A stretch of 64,000 nt of DNA from Actinomycetes bacterium (GTDB lineage: Bacteria; Actinomycetota; Thermoleophilia; Solirubrobacterales; JACPNS01). The stretch spans positions 2,519-66,518 of the forward strand of contig JAEYBE010000033.1 of NCBI GenBank assembly GCA_023404495.1, written 5' to 3'. The first letter of the stretch is position 1, and each line of letters opens with the position of its first letter. This document shows, piece by piece, positions 1-8,328 of this stretch. The notes beneath the pieces were generated by a model. That model was not told the DNA's origin and searched no databases. It worked only from the letters and a program-made list of their open reading frames with translations. The position numbers were made by a program, and so were the translations under genes.

Positions 1-685
1 GATGACAGTGCAGCCCGACGAAATTCGGCGCCTTCTGGATCGCCTGCTCGACTTGGCTGAGCGGAATGCCGAACTTGCTGTCGACCTGTCCGGTCTGGAT
101 GTAGGCGTGGGTCGACGGCTTGATGCCCGGCGCTACGCGCACCAGCGTGCGCGGTCCGTCGGGTCCGAGCTTCCCCGCAAGGCGATCGATCTCGTCGAAC
201 GAGTCGATCACGATGTAGCCGACGCCGGCCGCGATCGCCTGGTCGATCTCGGCGTCTGTCTTGTTGTTCCCGTGCATCAGGATGCGCTCGGGGGCAAAGC
301 CGCCCTTGAGCGCGAGATGCAGCTCGCCGCCCGAGGCGACGTCGCAGTAGATGCCCTCCGCGGCCATCAGGCGATAGGCGGCCGTGCAGGGGAACGACTT
401 GCTGGCAAAGAGCACACCGGGCTCCTCGGCACTGCCGTCTCCGAATTCGGCTTCTGCGTCCGCGAAGGCCTTGACCGCAGCTCCAGCACGGGCCTTCAAG
501 TCTGCTGACGCGTAGACGTATGCCGGCGAGCCGAAGCGCTCGGTCACTTCAACTACGTCACAGCCGCCGATCGTCAGGCGGCCAGCGTCGTTGATCGCGG
601 AATCGATCGGAAACGGAGGACCGAGTGGTCCGACCTCAGCGAAGCCGCCCGCGGCTGCGGCCTGGGTGTCCTGCTCAAGCGCCAT
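1..685 (-). CDS. lysA: diaminopimelate decarboxylase, N-terminal ~228 codons (3' end lies beyond the left edge)
   Basis: Hand translation of the minus strand from ATG at 685 gives MALEQDTQ..RLTIGGCDVVEVTERFGSPAYVY..FASKSFPCTAAYRLMAAEGIYCDVASGGELHLAL..ILMHGNNKTDAEI, a PLP-dependent DAP/ornithine decarboxylase pattern. It is absent from the ORF track because it has no stop inside the window. Confidence 0.8.
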   Translation of the reverse strand, partial: MALEQDTQAAAAGGFAEVGPLGPPFPIDSAINDAGRLTIGGCDVVEVTERFGSPAYVYASADLKARAGAAVKAFADAEAEFGDGSAEEPGVLFASKSFPCTAAYRLMAAEGIYCDVASGGELHLALKGGFAPERILMHGNNKTDAEIDQAIAAGVGYIVIDSFDEIDRLAGKLGPDGPRTLVRVAPGIKPSTHAYIQTGQVDSKFGIPLSQVEQAIQKAPNFVGLHCH

Positions 686-711
686 GACGAGGCGTAAGTA
701 TGACGGACGCG

Positions 712-1050
712 CTAGGAGCCGGGCATCTCGGAAAGCACCACGCGATAGGTCTCGACGTGCAATCCGGTCGGCTTGCCGTCGTCCGGCCGATCGGATGTAT
801 CGACGCCCGCGTGAGCACGGGCGAAATGCTCGCCCTCGCGCCAGGCCTTGAAGGCGGCTTCGCTCACCCAGCGGCTGACGACGACGTACTCGTCCTTGCC
901 CTCGCGGCGCAGCAGTTCAAAGCCAGCGAAACCGTCGACTTCGCTCAGATGGCTCTGGCGCCTGGCGAAGGCCTGCTCAAATCCGTCGGCACCGGAGATC
1001 GGCACCTCGACGACGTTGAATACGACGTACTCACCTTGTGTTCCGCTCAT
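712..1050 (-). CDS. antibiotic-biosynthesis-monooxygenase (ABM) domain protein, IsdG/MhuD-like
   Basis: The 112-aa core MSGTQGEYVVFNVVEVP..FELLRREGKDEYVVVSRWVSEAAFKAWREGEHFARAH is typical of ABM domains. Its ATG at 1050 overlaps the zur stop (TAATG), so the upstream extension in the track ORF is discounted. Confidence 0.7.
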   Translation of the reverse strand: MSGTQGEYVVFNVVEVPISGADGFEQAFARRQSHLSEVDGFAGFELLRREGKDEYVVVSRWVSEAAFKAWREGEHFARAHAGVDTSDRPDDGKPTGLHVETYRVVLSEMPGS

Positions 1051-1544
1051 TATGCGGCCCCCTTCTTCTGTTCGCACTCCTGGCAGGTGCCAAGCAGCTC
1101 GGCTTGATGTTCGATTCCGGAGAACCCGTACTCGGCGCCGATCTTTCTGCCCCATTCGCCGAGGCTGCAGTCATGAATCTCGACCACCTTCCCACACTCG
1201 CGGCAGATCAGGTGGTGATGATGTCCGTGGCCGCAGGCGCGGTAGGCCGTCTCCCCGCTTGGGCGACGGATCGCGTCGATCGCGCCGTCCTCGGCCAGCC
1301 GCCCGAGGTTGCGGTAGACGGTCGCAAGGCCGACCTTCTCAAGCCGTTCGTGCAGTTCTTGCGCCGTGAGCGCGGCCTCGGATGCGCCGAGCGCATCAAC
1401 GATCGCTGTCTTTTGCGCGGTGGCGCGGCTCTGGGCCTTTGTGCTGTCGGTCGTCTTATTGATAATGATTCTCGATTTTACTATGCTCGCGCCGATGAAG
1501 CTAGCCGCCGCCCTTGAGAACCCGTTCGATCTGCTCGCGCCCAC
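1050..1544 (-). CDS. zur: Fur-family zinc uptake regulator (Zur)
   Basis: LTAQELHERLEKVGLATVYRNLGRLAEDGAIDAIR..YRACGHGHHHHLICRECGKVVEI..HQAELLGTCQECE closely parallels mycobacterial Zur as recalled. The true start is uncertain: 1544 is the only canonical start codon upstream of the conserved core. Confidence 0.85.
   Translation of the reverse strand: MGASRSNGFSRAAASFIGASIVKSRIIINKTTDSTKAQSRATAQKTAIVDALGASEAALTAQELHERLEKVGLATVYRNLGRLAEDGAIDAIRRPSGETAYRACGHGHHHHLICRECGKVVEIHDCSLGEWGRKIGAEYGFSGIEHQAELLGTCQECEQKKGAA
1460..1475. promoter_or_regulatory. putative Zur/Fur box in the zur / ABC-importer divergent region
   Basis: TGATAATGATTCTCGA has a GATAAT-G-ATTCTC 6-1-6 inverted repeat with 5/6 pairing. 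It resembles the actinobacterial Zur box TGAAAATGATTTTCA. It is an AT-rich island in GC-rich DNA, next to a -10-like TACTAT at 1479-1484. Confidence 0.55.
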
Positions 1545-3297
1545 CTACGCCCAGCGCGCGTTCTTCTGCATCGTGGTGCTCGCGCTGCTCTCGGCGGCCG
1601 TCGGCTGGGCGATTGTGCTGCGCGATCTCCCCTTCTTCACGCACGCCGTCGGAAGCGGCGCGTATCCGGCACTTGTGCTCGGCGTGGTGAGCGGCGTGAG
1701 CGCAGCCGTCGCGGCACTCGCCGGCGCGGTGGCCTTCGCCGCCCTGCTGGCACTGGCGTCCGGAATCGGCACGGCGCGCGCAGCTACTTCAGACGCCCGG
1801 CGGCGCGACGCGCTGGTCGGCCTGGCGGTCGTGGCCGCGCTCGCAGCCGGCTCAGTGATCGCCTCGATCGCCGGATCGGGCGACGCGCGACTTGCCGTCG
1901 CACCGGAGTCGCTGCTCTTCGGCTCGGTGCTGACTGTTGATCCGGCGACACTCATGACGCTCGTGGCGGTTGCGCTGGTCGCAGTCGCCTGCTCGATCGC
2001 GCTGTTTGATCGCTGGCTGGCCGGCGGGTTCGACTCGAGCGTCAGCGGACACTTGGGATCGAGGCGAGCCGACCTGGCGTTGCTCGGCTGCGTGGCGCTG
2101 GCGGCCGGCGCGGCTCTCCCGGTGACCGGTGCGTTGCTGGCAGGCGCGATGCTGATCGTCCCCGCAGCGACGGCACGAATCCTGACCGACCGCGCACGGC
2201 GCATGCCGATCCTCACGTTGTTCGTCGCACTGGTCTACGGAACAAGTGGGCTCTACCTGTCGCTCGCGCTCGACCTGCCGACCGGCGCGGCGATCGCCGC
2301 CGTCGCGGGCGCAGGGTTCCTGCTTGCCGCGCTCGCCCGAGTACTCGCGCGTGGGAGCCTGCGCCGGGGACCAGTCCCGGCGCTCGCTGCAACGCTGCTT
2401 TGCGCGCTGGCAGTCGTCGGCTGCGGCGGTGGCGCCGCAGACGAGGCCCCGGAGGATCAGCCACTCAAGGTCGTGGCGACGACGCCGCAGGTGGCCGACA
2501 TCGTCAAGCAGGTTGGCGGGGAGGCGGTCGCCGTGACGACGATGCTCCCCGCCGGGTCGGATCCGCACGACTACGAGCCAAAGCCGAGCGCGATTGCGGC
2601 ACTGAGCGAGGCCGACGTGGTGTTTCGTTCCGGCGGTGACATCGACTCCTGGCTCGATCCGGCGGTCAAATCGGCCGCGCCAAAGAATCCGCCGGTCGAT
2701 CTGTCGCGGTCAGTGGTGCTGCTTTCGGAAGGCGGCGAGGACTCGGACCGGTTCAACGCCCACTGGTACCTCGCCCCCGAAAACGTCGCGCGCGCTGCCC
2801 AGCGGGTGCGCGACGAACTGGTCAAGGCAGACCCGGCGGCGCGCGAGACATTTCGCGCCAACGCCAACGAGTACCTCGACGAGATTGAGAGCGTCGAGCG
2901 GAAACTCTCATCTTGTGCGAGCCGCGTCCCGGAGGACGACCGGCGCCTGCTGAGCGGCCACGACGACTTCAACTACTTGGCCGACGCATTCGGCTTCACG
3001 ATCGCCGCGCAGATCGCCGAGACCGGCGAGGCGCAACCCTCGGCGTCGGACCTCCAGTCCGCCGTCGACGCGGCGCGCGCCGCGAAGACGCGCGCGCTGG
3101 TCGCAAGCAGCGGCGAGGTCTCGCAACTGGAGCGACAGGTTGCGGCGAAGCTGGGGATCCCCCTCCTGCAGCTCTACGCCGACAACTTGACGACGGGCGA
3201 CGACGCTTCGACGCTGCTGGGCGCGATCGGCTACGACGTCGGCCGAATCGCAGCGGCGGTCACCGACGGCGCCGTCACGTGCCCACCGACGCAATGA
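1483..3297 (+). CDS. fused ABC-3 family metal permease (ZnuB/TroC-like) and cluster A-I metal-binding lipoprotein (ZnuA/TroA-like)
   Basis: The N-terminal ~285 aa are polytopic (ENPFDLLAPTYAQRAFFCIVVLALL..IVPAATARILTDRARRM). Then comes RRGPVPALAATLLCALAVVGCGG (signal/lipobox-like), followed by LKVVATTPQVADIVKQVGG..GSDPHDYEPKPS..NAHWYL. The frame is continuous with no stop. The start may be ATG 1483 or ATG 1495. Confidence 0.8.
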   Translation: MLAPMKLAAALENPFDLLAPTYAQRAFFCIVVLALLSAAVGWAIVLRDLPFFTHAVGSGAYPALVLGVVSGVSAAVAALAGAVAFAALLALASGIGTARAATSDARRRDALVGLAVVAALAAGSVIASIAGSGDARLAVAPESLLFGSVLTVDPATLMTLVAVALVAVACSIALFDRWLAGGFDSSVSGHLGSRRADLALLGCVALAAGAALPVTGALLAGAMLIVPAATARILTDRARRMPILTLFVALVYGTSGLYLSLALDLPTGAAIAAVAGAGFLLAALARVLARGSLRRGPVPALAATLLCALAVVGCGGGAADEAPEDQPLKVVATTPQVADIVKQVGGEAVAVTTMLPAGSDPHDYEPKPSAIAALSEADVVFRSGGDIDSWLDPAVKSAAPKNPPVDLSRSVVLLSEGGEDSDRFNAHWYLAPENVARAAQRVRDELVKADPAARETFRANANEYLDEIESVERKLSSCASRVPEDDRRLLSGHDDFNYLADAFGFTIAAQIAETGEAQPSASDLQSAVDAARAAKTRALVASSGEVSQLERQVAAKLGIPLLQLYADNLTTGDDASTLLGAIGYDVGRIAAAVTDGAVTCPPTQ

Positions 3298-4067
3298 CCG
3301 GTCAGCCGCTAGTCGCAGCCGAGCGCGCGAGCTTCGGCTACGAGCCGGGCACGGTCGTACTGGCGGAGGTGTCGGCGACACTGGCCGGCGGCGAACTGGT
3401 GATCGTTCTCGGGCCAAACGGCGGCGGAAAGACAACGCTCTTTCGAGCCTTGACCGGCGAGCTCTCGCCGCTGGAGGGAAGCCTTGCGGTGCGCGCGCCC
3501 GTCGCCTACCTGCCGCAGCGCGACGCATCGCGGATCGATTTCCCGGTTTCGGCGATCGACGTCGTGATGATGGGGCTGCTCGCCGAGCGCAAGTTCTGGC
3601 AGCGCACGCGGGGCCGCGACCGCCAGCGGGCACTCGCGGCGCTCGAGAAGGTTGGATTGAGCGAGCACGCCGATCGCACGTACGGCGAACTCTCGGGAGG
3701 TCAGCGGCGGCGGGTGCTGCTGGCCAGAACGATCGTCGGCGGCGCGCAGATCTTGCTGCTCGACGAGCCGCTCGCGGGCGTCGACCCGCGCTCGGCCGAA
3801 GAGATTCGCCGCGCTCTGGATGCGCTCCGCGACGAGGGCCGGCTTGTGATCGAGGCCTCACACGACATCGATCACGCGCGCGGCGCCGATCGCGTGATCT
3901 GCCTTTCCGGTCGCGTGATCGCTGACGGGGATCCCGACTCAACGTTGACCGACGCTGTTCTGCGCGAGACCTACGCCGGCGAGATCTCGGTGATTCGCGA
4001 TCAGGAGGGCCGCGCGGTCCTCGCCGCGACCGAGCCCTGCGCACACGACCACGAGGCCGGAGAATGA
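3294..4067 (+). CDS. metal ABC transporter ATP-binding protein (ZnuC/TroB-like)
   Basis: Walker A GPNGGGKTT, signature LSGGQRRRV and Walker B LLLDEP are present. The ATG overlaps the upstream stop (ATGA). The track ORF's N-terminal extension is antisense-like and is discounted. Confidence 0.9.
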   Translation: MTGQPLVAAERASFGYEPGTVVLAEVSATLAGGELVIVLGPNGGGKTTLFRALTGELSPLEGSLAVRAPVAYLPQRDASRIDFPVSAIDVVMMGLLAERKFWQRTRGRDRQRALAALEKVGLSEHADRTYGELSGGQRRRVLLARTIVGGAQILLLDEPLAGVDPRSAEEIRRALDALRDEGRLVIEASHDIDHARGADRVICLSGRVIADGDPDSTLTDAVLRETYAGEISVIRDQEGRAVLAATEPCAHDHEAGE

Positions 4068-4894
4068 GCGCCAGCCTGCTCGCTCCGCTCTCGGGTGATT
4101 TTGGCCTTGCGAGTGCCTGTGAGTTGCTGCTGATCGGCGCTGCGTGTGGCGCGGTTGGGGTGTGGGTGCTGCACTTTGGACGCGCGATTCTCGCCGAGTC
4201 CTTCTCACACGCCCTGCTGCCCGGCCTGGTGCTTGCGGCGATGGTCGGCGCGGGACTCTTCTTCGGCGCGATCGCCGGCGTGGTGCTCGCGTATCTCTTG
4301 CTGCTTGCGTCGGGGCGCGCACCCAGCACGAGCCTGCCGACGGCCAATTCTGTGACCGTCACGACGCTCGTGGCGCTTGGCGCCCTGCTGGCTTCGAGCG
4401 GCGCCGGCGTCGCACAGTTCGAATCGCTGCTGTTCGGCGATCCGCTGGCTTCCTCTTGGCGAGATGTTGCGACCGCGGCGGTCTTCGCGATTGTCGCCTT
4501 TGCCGCGCTGGCCGTACTCGGCGGCCGATTCGCCGCGCTCGCGTTTGACCCCGGTGCGGCGCCCGCGCTCGGCGTGAACACCGCCCGCGTCTCCGCCGCG
4601 GCGCTCGCGCTGCTCGCCGTTTCGGTCTCTGTCGCAGCCAACGTTTCGGGCACGCTGCTCGCGCTGGCTCTGGTCACCGGGCCGGCGCTGGGCGCGTCGG
4701 CGATCTCGCACCGTTTGAGGCCGGCGCTTGCAGTTGCGGCACTGGCGGGTGCCTTCAGCGGAGTAGCTGGGATCTATCTCTCCTACTACGCCGATTGGCC
4801 GGCGAGCGCCAGCATCGCCTTGGTGATCTGCCTGTGGACCCTGCTCGCCAGCGCCTTCGGCCGGATTTCGCCGGGCCGCGCCGGGGTAGCCTGA
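4064..4894 (+). CDS. second ABC-3 family metal permease (ZnuB/TroD-like)
   Basis: The 276-aa polytopic protein (LLIGAACGAVGVWVLHFGRAILAESFSHALLPGLVLA) has an ATGA overlap with the ATPase gene. Confidence 0.85.
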   Translation: MSASLLAPLSGDFGLASACELLLIGAACGAVGVWVLHFGRAILAESFSHALLPGLVLAAMVGAGLFFGAIAGVVLAYLLLLASGRAPSTSLPTANSVTVTTLVALGALLASSGAGVAQFESLLFGDPLASSWRDVATAAVFAIVAFAALAVLGGRFAALAFDPGAAPALGVNTARVSAAALALLAVSVSVAANVSGTLLALALVTGPALGASAISHRLRPALAVAALAGAFSGVAGIYLSYYADWPASASIALVICLWTLLASAFGRISPGRAGVA

Positions 4895-4899
4895 TCGCC

Positions 4900-5655
4900 G
4901 TGCAGCCGGAGATTCACCTCGGACCGTTGACGCTCCAGACCTTTGGTCTGATGTTTGCGCTGGCCTTTGTGGTCAGCGGAATGATCATCGCGCGACGTCT
5001 GAAGGAACTCGGCTCGCCGGTCGATTGGGCCTACGAGATCGTGCTCGCCGCGGCCTTCGGTGGGATCGTCGGCGCGAAGCTCTGGTTCTCGCTCCAGGAG
5101 GGCGAGTGGTCGCTCTCGCAGATCTTCTCCGGCACCGGCCTGGTCTGGTACGGCGGCGCGCTCGGAGGCGCGGCAGCCGTTGCGGCGTACGCCGCTTGGC
5201 GCGGGATCTTCAATCGAACGCTGCTTGACGTAGCGGCACCGGCGCTTGCGGCGGGGTACGCGGTCGGTCGCATCGGCTGCCAGCTCTCTGGCGACGGCGA
5301 CTACGGAAAGCCGACCGATTCGTGGCTCGGGATGGGCTACCCGAACGGCACCGTGCCCACTCCGCCGGGCGTCGAGGTCTGGCCGACGCCGATCTTCGAG
5401 GCGGTGTTGATGGGGCTTCTGGCGATCGCGCTCTGGCGCATGCGCAACCGCTTTGCGCCAGGCGTGCTGTTTGGGATCTACCTGGTCGCCTCAAGCATTG
5501 AACGATTCATGATCGAGTTCCTGCGCACGAACGACCCGATCGCCCTGGGCATGACGCTCGCCCAGTGGACCAGCATCGTCCTATTCGCAATCGGCGCAAT
5601 CATGATCGCCGACTGGCGCAGAGCCCCGCACGACAAAGCTGCATCTTTGACGTAG
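4900..5655 (+). CDS. lgt: prolipoprotein diacylglyceryl transferase
   Basis: IHLGPLTLQTFGLMFALAFV..WYGGALGG..GRIGCQLSGDGDYGKPT..ERFMIEFLRTND is an Lgt pattern. GTG at 4900 is chosen because it is just past the upstream stop. Confidence 0.85.
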   Translation: MQPEIHLGPLTLQTFGLMFALAFVVSGMIIARRLKELGSPVDWAYEIVLAAAFGGIVGAKLWFSLQEGEWSLSQIFSGTGLVWYGGALGGAAAVAAYAAWRGIFNRTLLDVAAPALAAGYAVGRIGCQLSGDGDYGKPTDSWLGMGYPNGTVPTPPGVEVWPTPIFEAVLMGLLAIALWRMRNRFAPGVLFGIYLVASSIERFMIEFLRTNDPIALGMTLAQWTSIVLFAIGAIMIADWRRAPHDKAASLT

Positions 5656-5659
5656 TGCT

Positions 5660-6829
5660 TTAGAGGTAACCCATTGGGTCGACTGGGTTGCCGCCGACTC
5701 GGACCTCGAAGTGCACGTGCGGACCGGTCGAGTGGCCGGTGTTGCCGGAGGCGGCGATCACTTGGCCCTGGCGGACCGACTGGCCGACGGTGACCATCAG
5801 ACGGCTGTTGTGTCCGTAACACGTCGAGAGGCTGCCGGTGTGCTGGATGCAGATGTAGTTGCCGTATCCGCCGACCCAGCCGGCGATCCGCACGGTGCCG
5901 GTGTCGGCAGCGTGCACGGCCGTGCCAACCGGAACGGCGATGTCGATGCCGGCGTGCAGCCGGCCCCAGCGGGTGCCGAACGGCGATGTGAACTGGCCGT
6001 TGACCGGCCACACGAGGCGGCCCGAGCCCTGCTTGATCGGCGCACTGTTGTCGAGCGCGCCGACGATGCCACCGTTGCTCGCGCCCATCGCGGCGAGGTC
6101 TTCCTGGTCGTGCGCGAGGCTGCGCGAGACGCTGGCCAGCGTCTTCTTGCGACTGCCGACGGCATCCGAAAGGTTGTTGCGCTGGGCCGCCAGGGTGCCC
6201 TTGGCGTCGGCTACCTCATCGCGGCGCTTGCGCACCTGCGCGACCAGCTGCGAGGCCTCGCGCTCGAGCTTTGCGAGCTTGACAGTCTCCTTCTTGGTCT
6301 CGCCCTTCAAGCGCGTGACCTTGGAGATGATCTTGTGGTCCTGCGCGGCGATCCGCTCCATGTAGGTCGTGCGTTCGACCATGTCGGCAAATCCGCGCGA
6401 GCTCAAAACAACCTGCACGACGTTGGGCTCGCCCTGCTTGTAGACCTCGACGATCCGCGCGGCCAGCACCTTGCGCGAGTGCTCGAGCTGCGACTTCAGA
6501 CGCGCGAGGCGATCGCGCGAGATCGAGAGCTGGTTGGCGATCTTCTTCTGCCGGGCGGCCTTGGCGTCGAGGTCGCGCTGGATGCGGTTCTGCGTCGACT
6601 GGAGCTTCGAGATGCGTCCGCGCAAGCCGGAGATCTTGCCCGAGAGTCGCGAAATGTCGCTCGAAAGCCGGCTCGTCTTCGCCGACTTGGCGGCGATGCT
6701 GTTCTGCAGCTCGGCCGCGGTCTTTGCGCTCGAGTCGCTCGGATCGGCCAGGTAGAAGGCGACCAGGAACGTGCAGATCGCAAAGGCCACGATTGCCGCG
6801 CGCGCCGAGTTGTTGATCGATCGATCCAT
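5660..6829 (-). CDS. secreted coiled-coil protein with C-terminal M23 (LytM) peptidase domain, EnvC-like
   Basis: It has an N-terminal anchor, a long heptad-rich region, then HAGIDIAVPVGTAVHAADTG..YGNYICIQH..GNTGHSTGPHVHFEV. It lies 15 nt after the upstream gene, so it is likely co-transcribed. Confidence 0.85.
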   Translation of the reverse strand: MDRSINNSARAAIVAFAICTFLVAFYLADPSDSSAKTAAELQNSIAAKSAKTSRLSSDISRLSGKISGLRGRISKLQSTQNRIQRDLDAKAARQKKIANQLSISRDRLARLKSQLEHSRKVLAARIVEVYKQGEPNVVQVVLSSRGFADMVERTTYMERIAAQDHKIISKVTRLKGETKKETVKLAKLEREASQLVAQVRKRRDEVADAKGTLAAQRNNLSDAVGSRKKTLASVSRSLAHDQEDLAAMGASNGGIVGALDNSAPIKQGSGRLVWPVNGQFTSPFGTRWGRLHAGIDIAVPVGTAVHAADTGTVRIAGWVGGYGNYICIQHTGSLSTCYGHNSRLMVTVGQSVRQGQVIAASGNTGHSTGPHVHFEVRVGGNPVDPMGYL

Positions 6830-6847
6830 CAAGTTGCTCGCTTGCCT

Positions 6848-8011
6848 CTAGATGCCGGGGTAGTGACGAACGGTGAATGAGCCAACACCGGCGCCGTTCA
6901 TGCCGGTCTGCCAGCGCGAACCGGTGCCGCTGCGACCGCTGGTGTCAAAGCGCAGCCCGCCGACGGTCATCCACATGTGGCCGGGGTTTGTGTAGATCGT
7001 GATCCACTTGCCGGGACCGGGCGAACCCCAGCTCATGAACCCGCCCGAGGCCATCGGGCTGCTGAGGACGCCGGCCGCGTGCAACACGTAGCTGACCGAG
7101 CCCGAGCAGTCGTAGCCGCGGTCGCTGAAGGAGCCGTGTCCGCCGCCCCAGATGTAGGGAGTCCTTGCGATGCGGTTGCCGGCGGCTACGGCAGCCTTGA
7201 TTGCCGCGGGGGCATTGGCCGGAGCCGAAGCGGTGCCATCGGAGTTGAGCGTGACGCGGCCGCCGGGACCGGAAACAGGCTGGAAGTTGACTGTGTCGGG
7301 CGCCGGCTGAACGCCGACTGCGGCCGCGGCCGCGCGCAGCATGCGTCGCTGCTTGGCGATCTCGCGCAGCAGCGGCCCGCGCTTGGCGATCACGCGTCCC
7401 TTGGCTGCGGCGATGCCGTCGCGCTCGCGGGTCACCGTGGCGACGAGCTGCGATTGGCGCTGCTCGAGCCCGGCGAGCTTGACCGACTGCGCGCGCGTCG
7501 ATTTCTTGAGCTCGGTGACGCGATTGATCTTGAACTGATCCTGCTTGGCGATGCGCTCGAGGTAGTTCGCGCGTTCGACAAGCTCATTGAAACCCTTGGA
7601 CTCGAGTACCACGGTGACGATGTCCGGCTCGCCCTGCTTGTAGACCTCTACAACGCGCTCGGAAAGCACGGCCTTGGCGTACGCCAGGCGCTTCTTCAGG
7701 CGCGCGAGCCGCGCCTTGGCGACGCCCAGCTGCTGCTGCAGTTCGCGCTGGCGCGCGGCCTTGCGATCAAGATCCGCCTGGGCGACGTCCTGCTTGCCCT
7801 GCAGGCGATCGAGCTGGAGCTTCAGTTGGTGCTCACGCTCGCTGATCGCCTCGATCCGCGCGTTGATCTCGGCAGGCGTCTCGGCGACGGCGCCGCGCGG
7901 CGCAGCCAGCAGCCCTGCAATCGCGCAGGCCAGCAGGGTCAGCGCGAGAAGTGCGGTGATTGCGGGACGAAGGCTCCTCATCGGGGCCTGCAGGCTAGGT
8001 CGAGAATTCAT
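6848..8011 (-). CDS. secreted coiled-coil protein with C-terminal NlpC/P60 (C40) domain, CwlO/RipC-like
   Basis: It has a signal peptide (MRSLRPAITALLALTLLACA), a coiled coil, then RTPYIWGGGHGSFSDRGYDCSGSVSYVLHAAG. The start is ATG 8011 or ATG 7981. Confidence 0.8.
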   Translation of the reverse strand: MNSRPSLQAPMRSLRPAITALLALTLLACAIAGLLAAPRGAVAETPAEINARIEAISEREHQLKLQLDRLQGKQDVAQADLDRKAARQRELQQQLGVAKARLARLKKRLAYAKAVLSERVVEVYKQGEPDIVTVVLESKGFNELVERANYLERIAKQDQFKINRVTELKKSTRAQSVKLAGLEQRQSQLVATVTRERDGIAAAKGRVIAKRGPLLREIAKQRRMLRAAAAAVGVQPAPDTVNFQPVSGPGGRVTLNSDGTASAPANAPAAIKAAVAAGNRIARTPYIWGGGHGSFSDRGYDCSGSVSYVLHAAGVLSSPMASGGFMSWGSPGPGKWITIYTNPGHMWMTVGGLRFDTSGRSGTGSRWQTGMNGAGVGSFTVRHYPGI

Positions 8012-8149
8012 CTTTGCCGGGAAATTCCTGCTCGGTTATGACAACCTGCAACTCGCTTTGCGGGCGTGGGTCGTCCGCCCCCGGTGCGCGGGCGAGCGAG
8101 CACGTCCGTGCTGCTTGCTGTGGTCGTCTTTGCGACTTTGGTGCCGTTG

Positions 8150-8292
8150 CGCTTGCGGGGTTAGCTGTCGGGCTCGCGCACGGTCGGAAATCGAGTTCCT
8201 TTTGCGCGCTACGCGGTCCCAATGACCACGATTCGCCCCGGGGATTTGGGTCCCCCGTCGACCGATCCTGGCGAGATCGGTCGTTCAGCGAC
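8150..8292 (-). promoter_or_regulatory. c-di-AMP riboswitch (ydaO/yuaA class) in the leader of the hydrolase operon
   Basis: The minus-strand RNA reads GUCGCUGAACGA, then hairpin CGACCGAUC/GAUCGGUCG, then ACGGGGGACCCA, GGGGCGAAUCG and GAGCCCGACAGCUAACCCCGCAAGCG. These are the conserved ydaO blocks in the right order and spacing. Confidence 0.75.
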
Positions 8293-8299
8293 TTGGAGG

Positions 8300-8328
8300 A
8301 ATATACCGCAAGCGATCCGATTCGTCAA
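8300..8328 (-). promoter_or_regulatory. sigma-70-type promoter for the riboswitch/hydrolase transcript
   Basis: On the minus strand: TTGACG (8328-8323), a 17-nt spacer, then TATATT (8305-8300). Such AT-rich hexamers are rare in this GC-rich DNA. Confidence 0.5.

Noticed and set aside
2908-4677. 589-aa minus-strand ORF across the metal ABC operon
   Set aside because: It is antisense to the binding-protein, ATPase and permease genes, which all carry clear family motifs. The product is Arg/Ser/Pro/Ala-rich with no domain signature.
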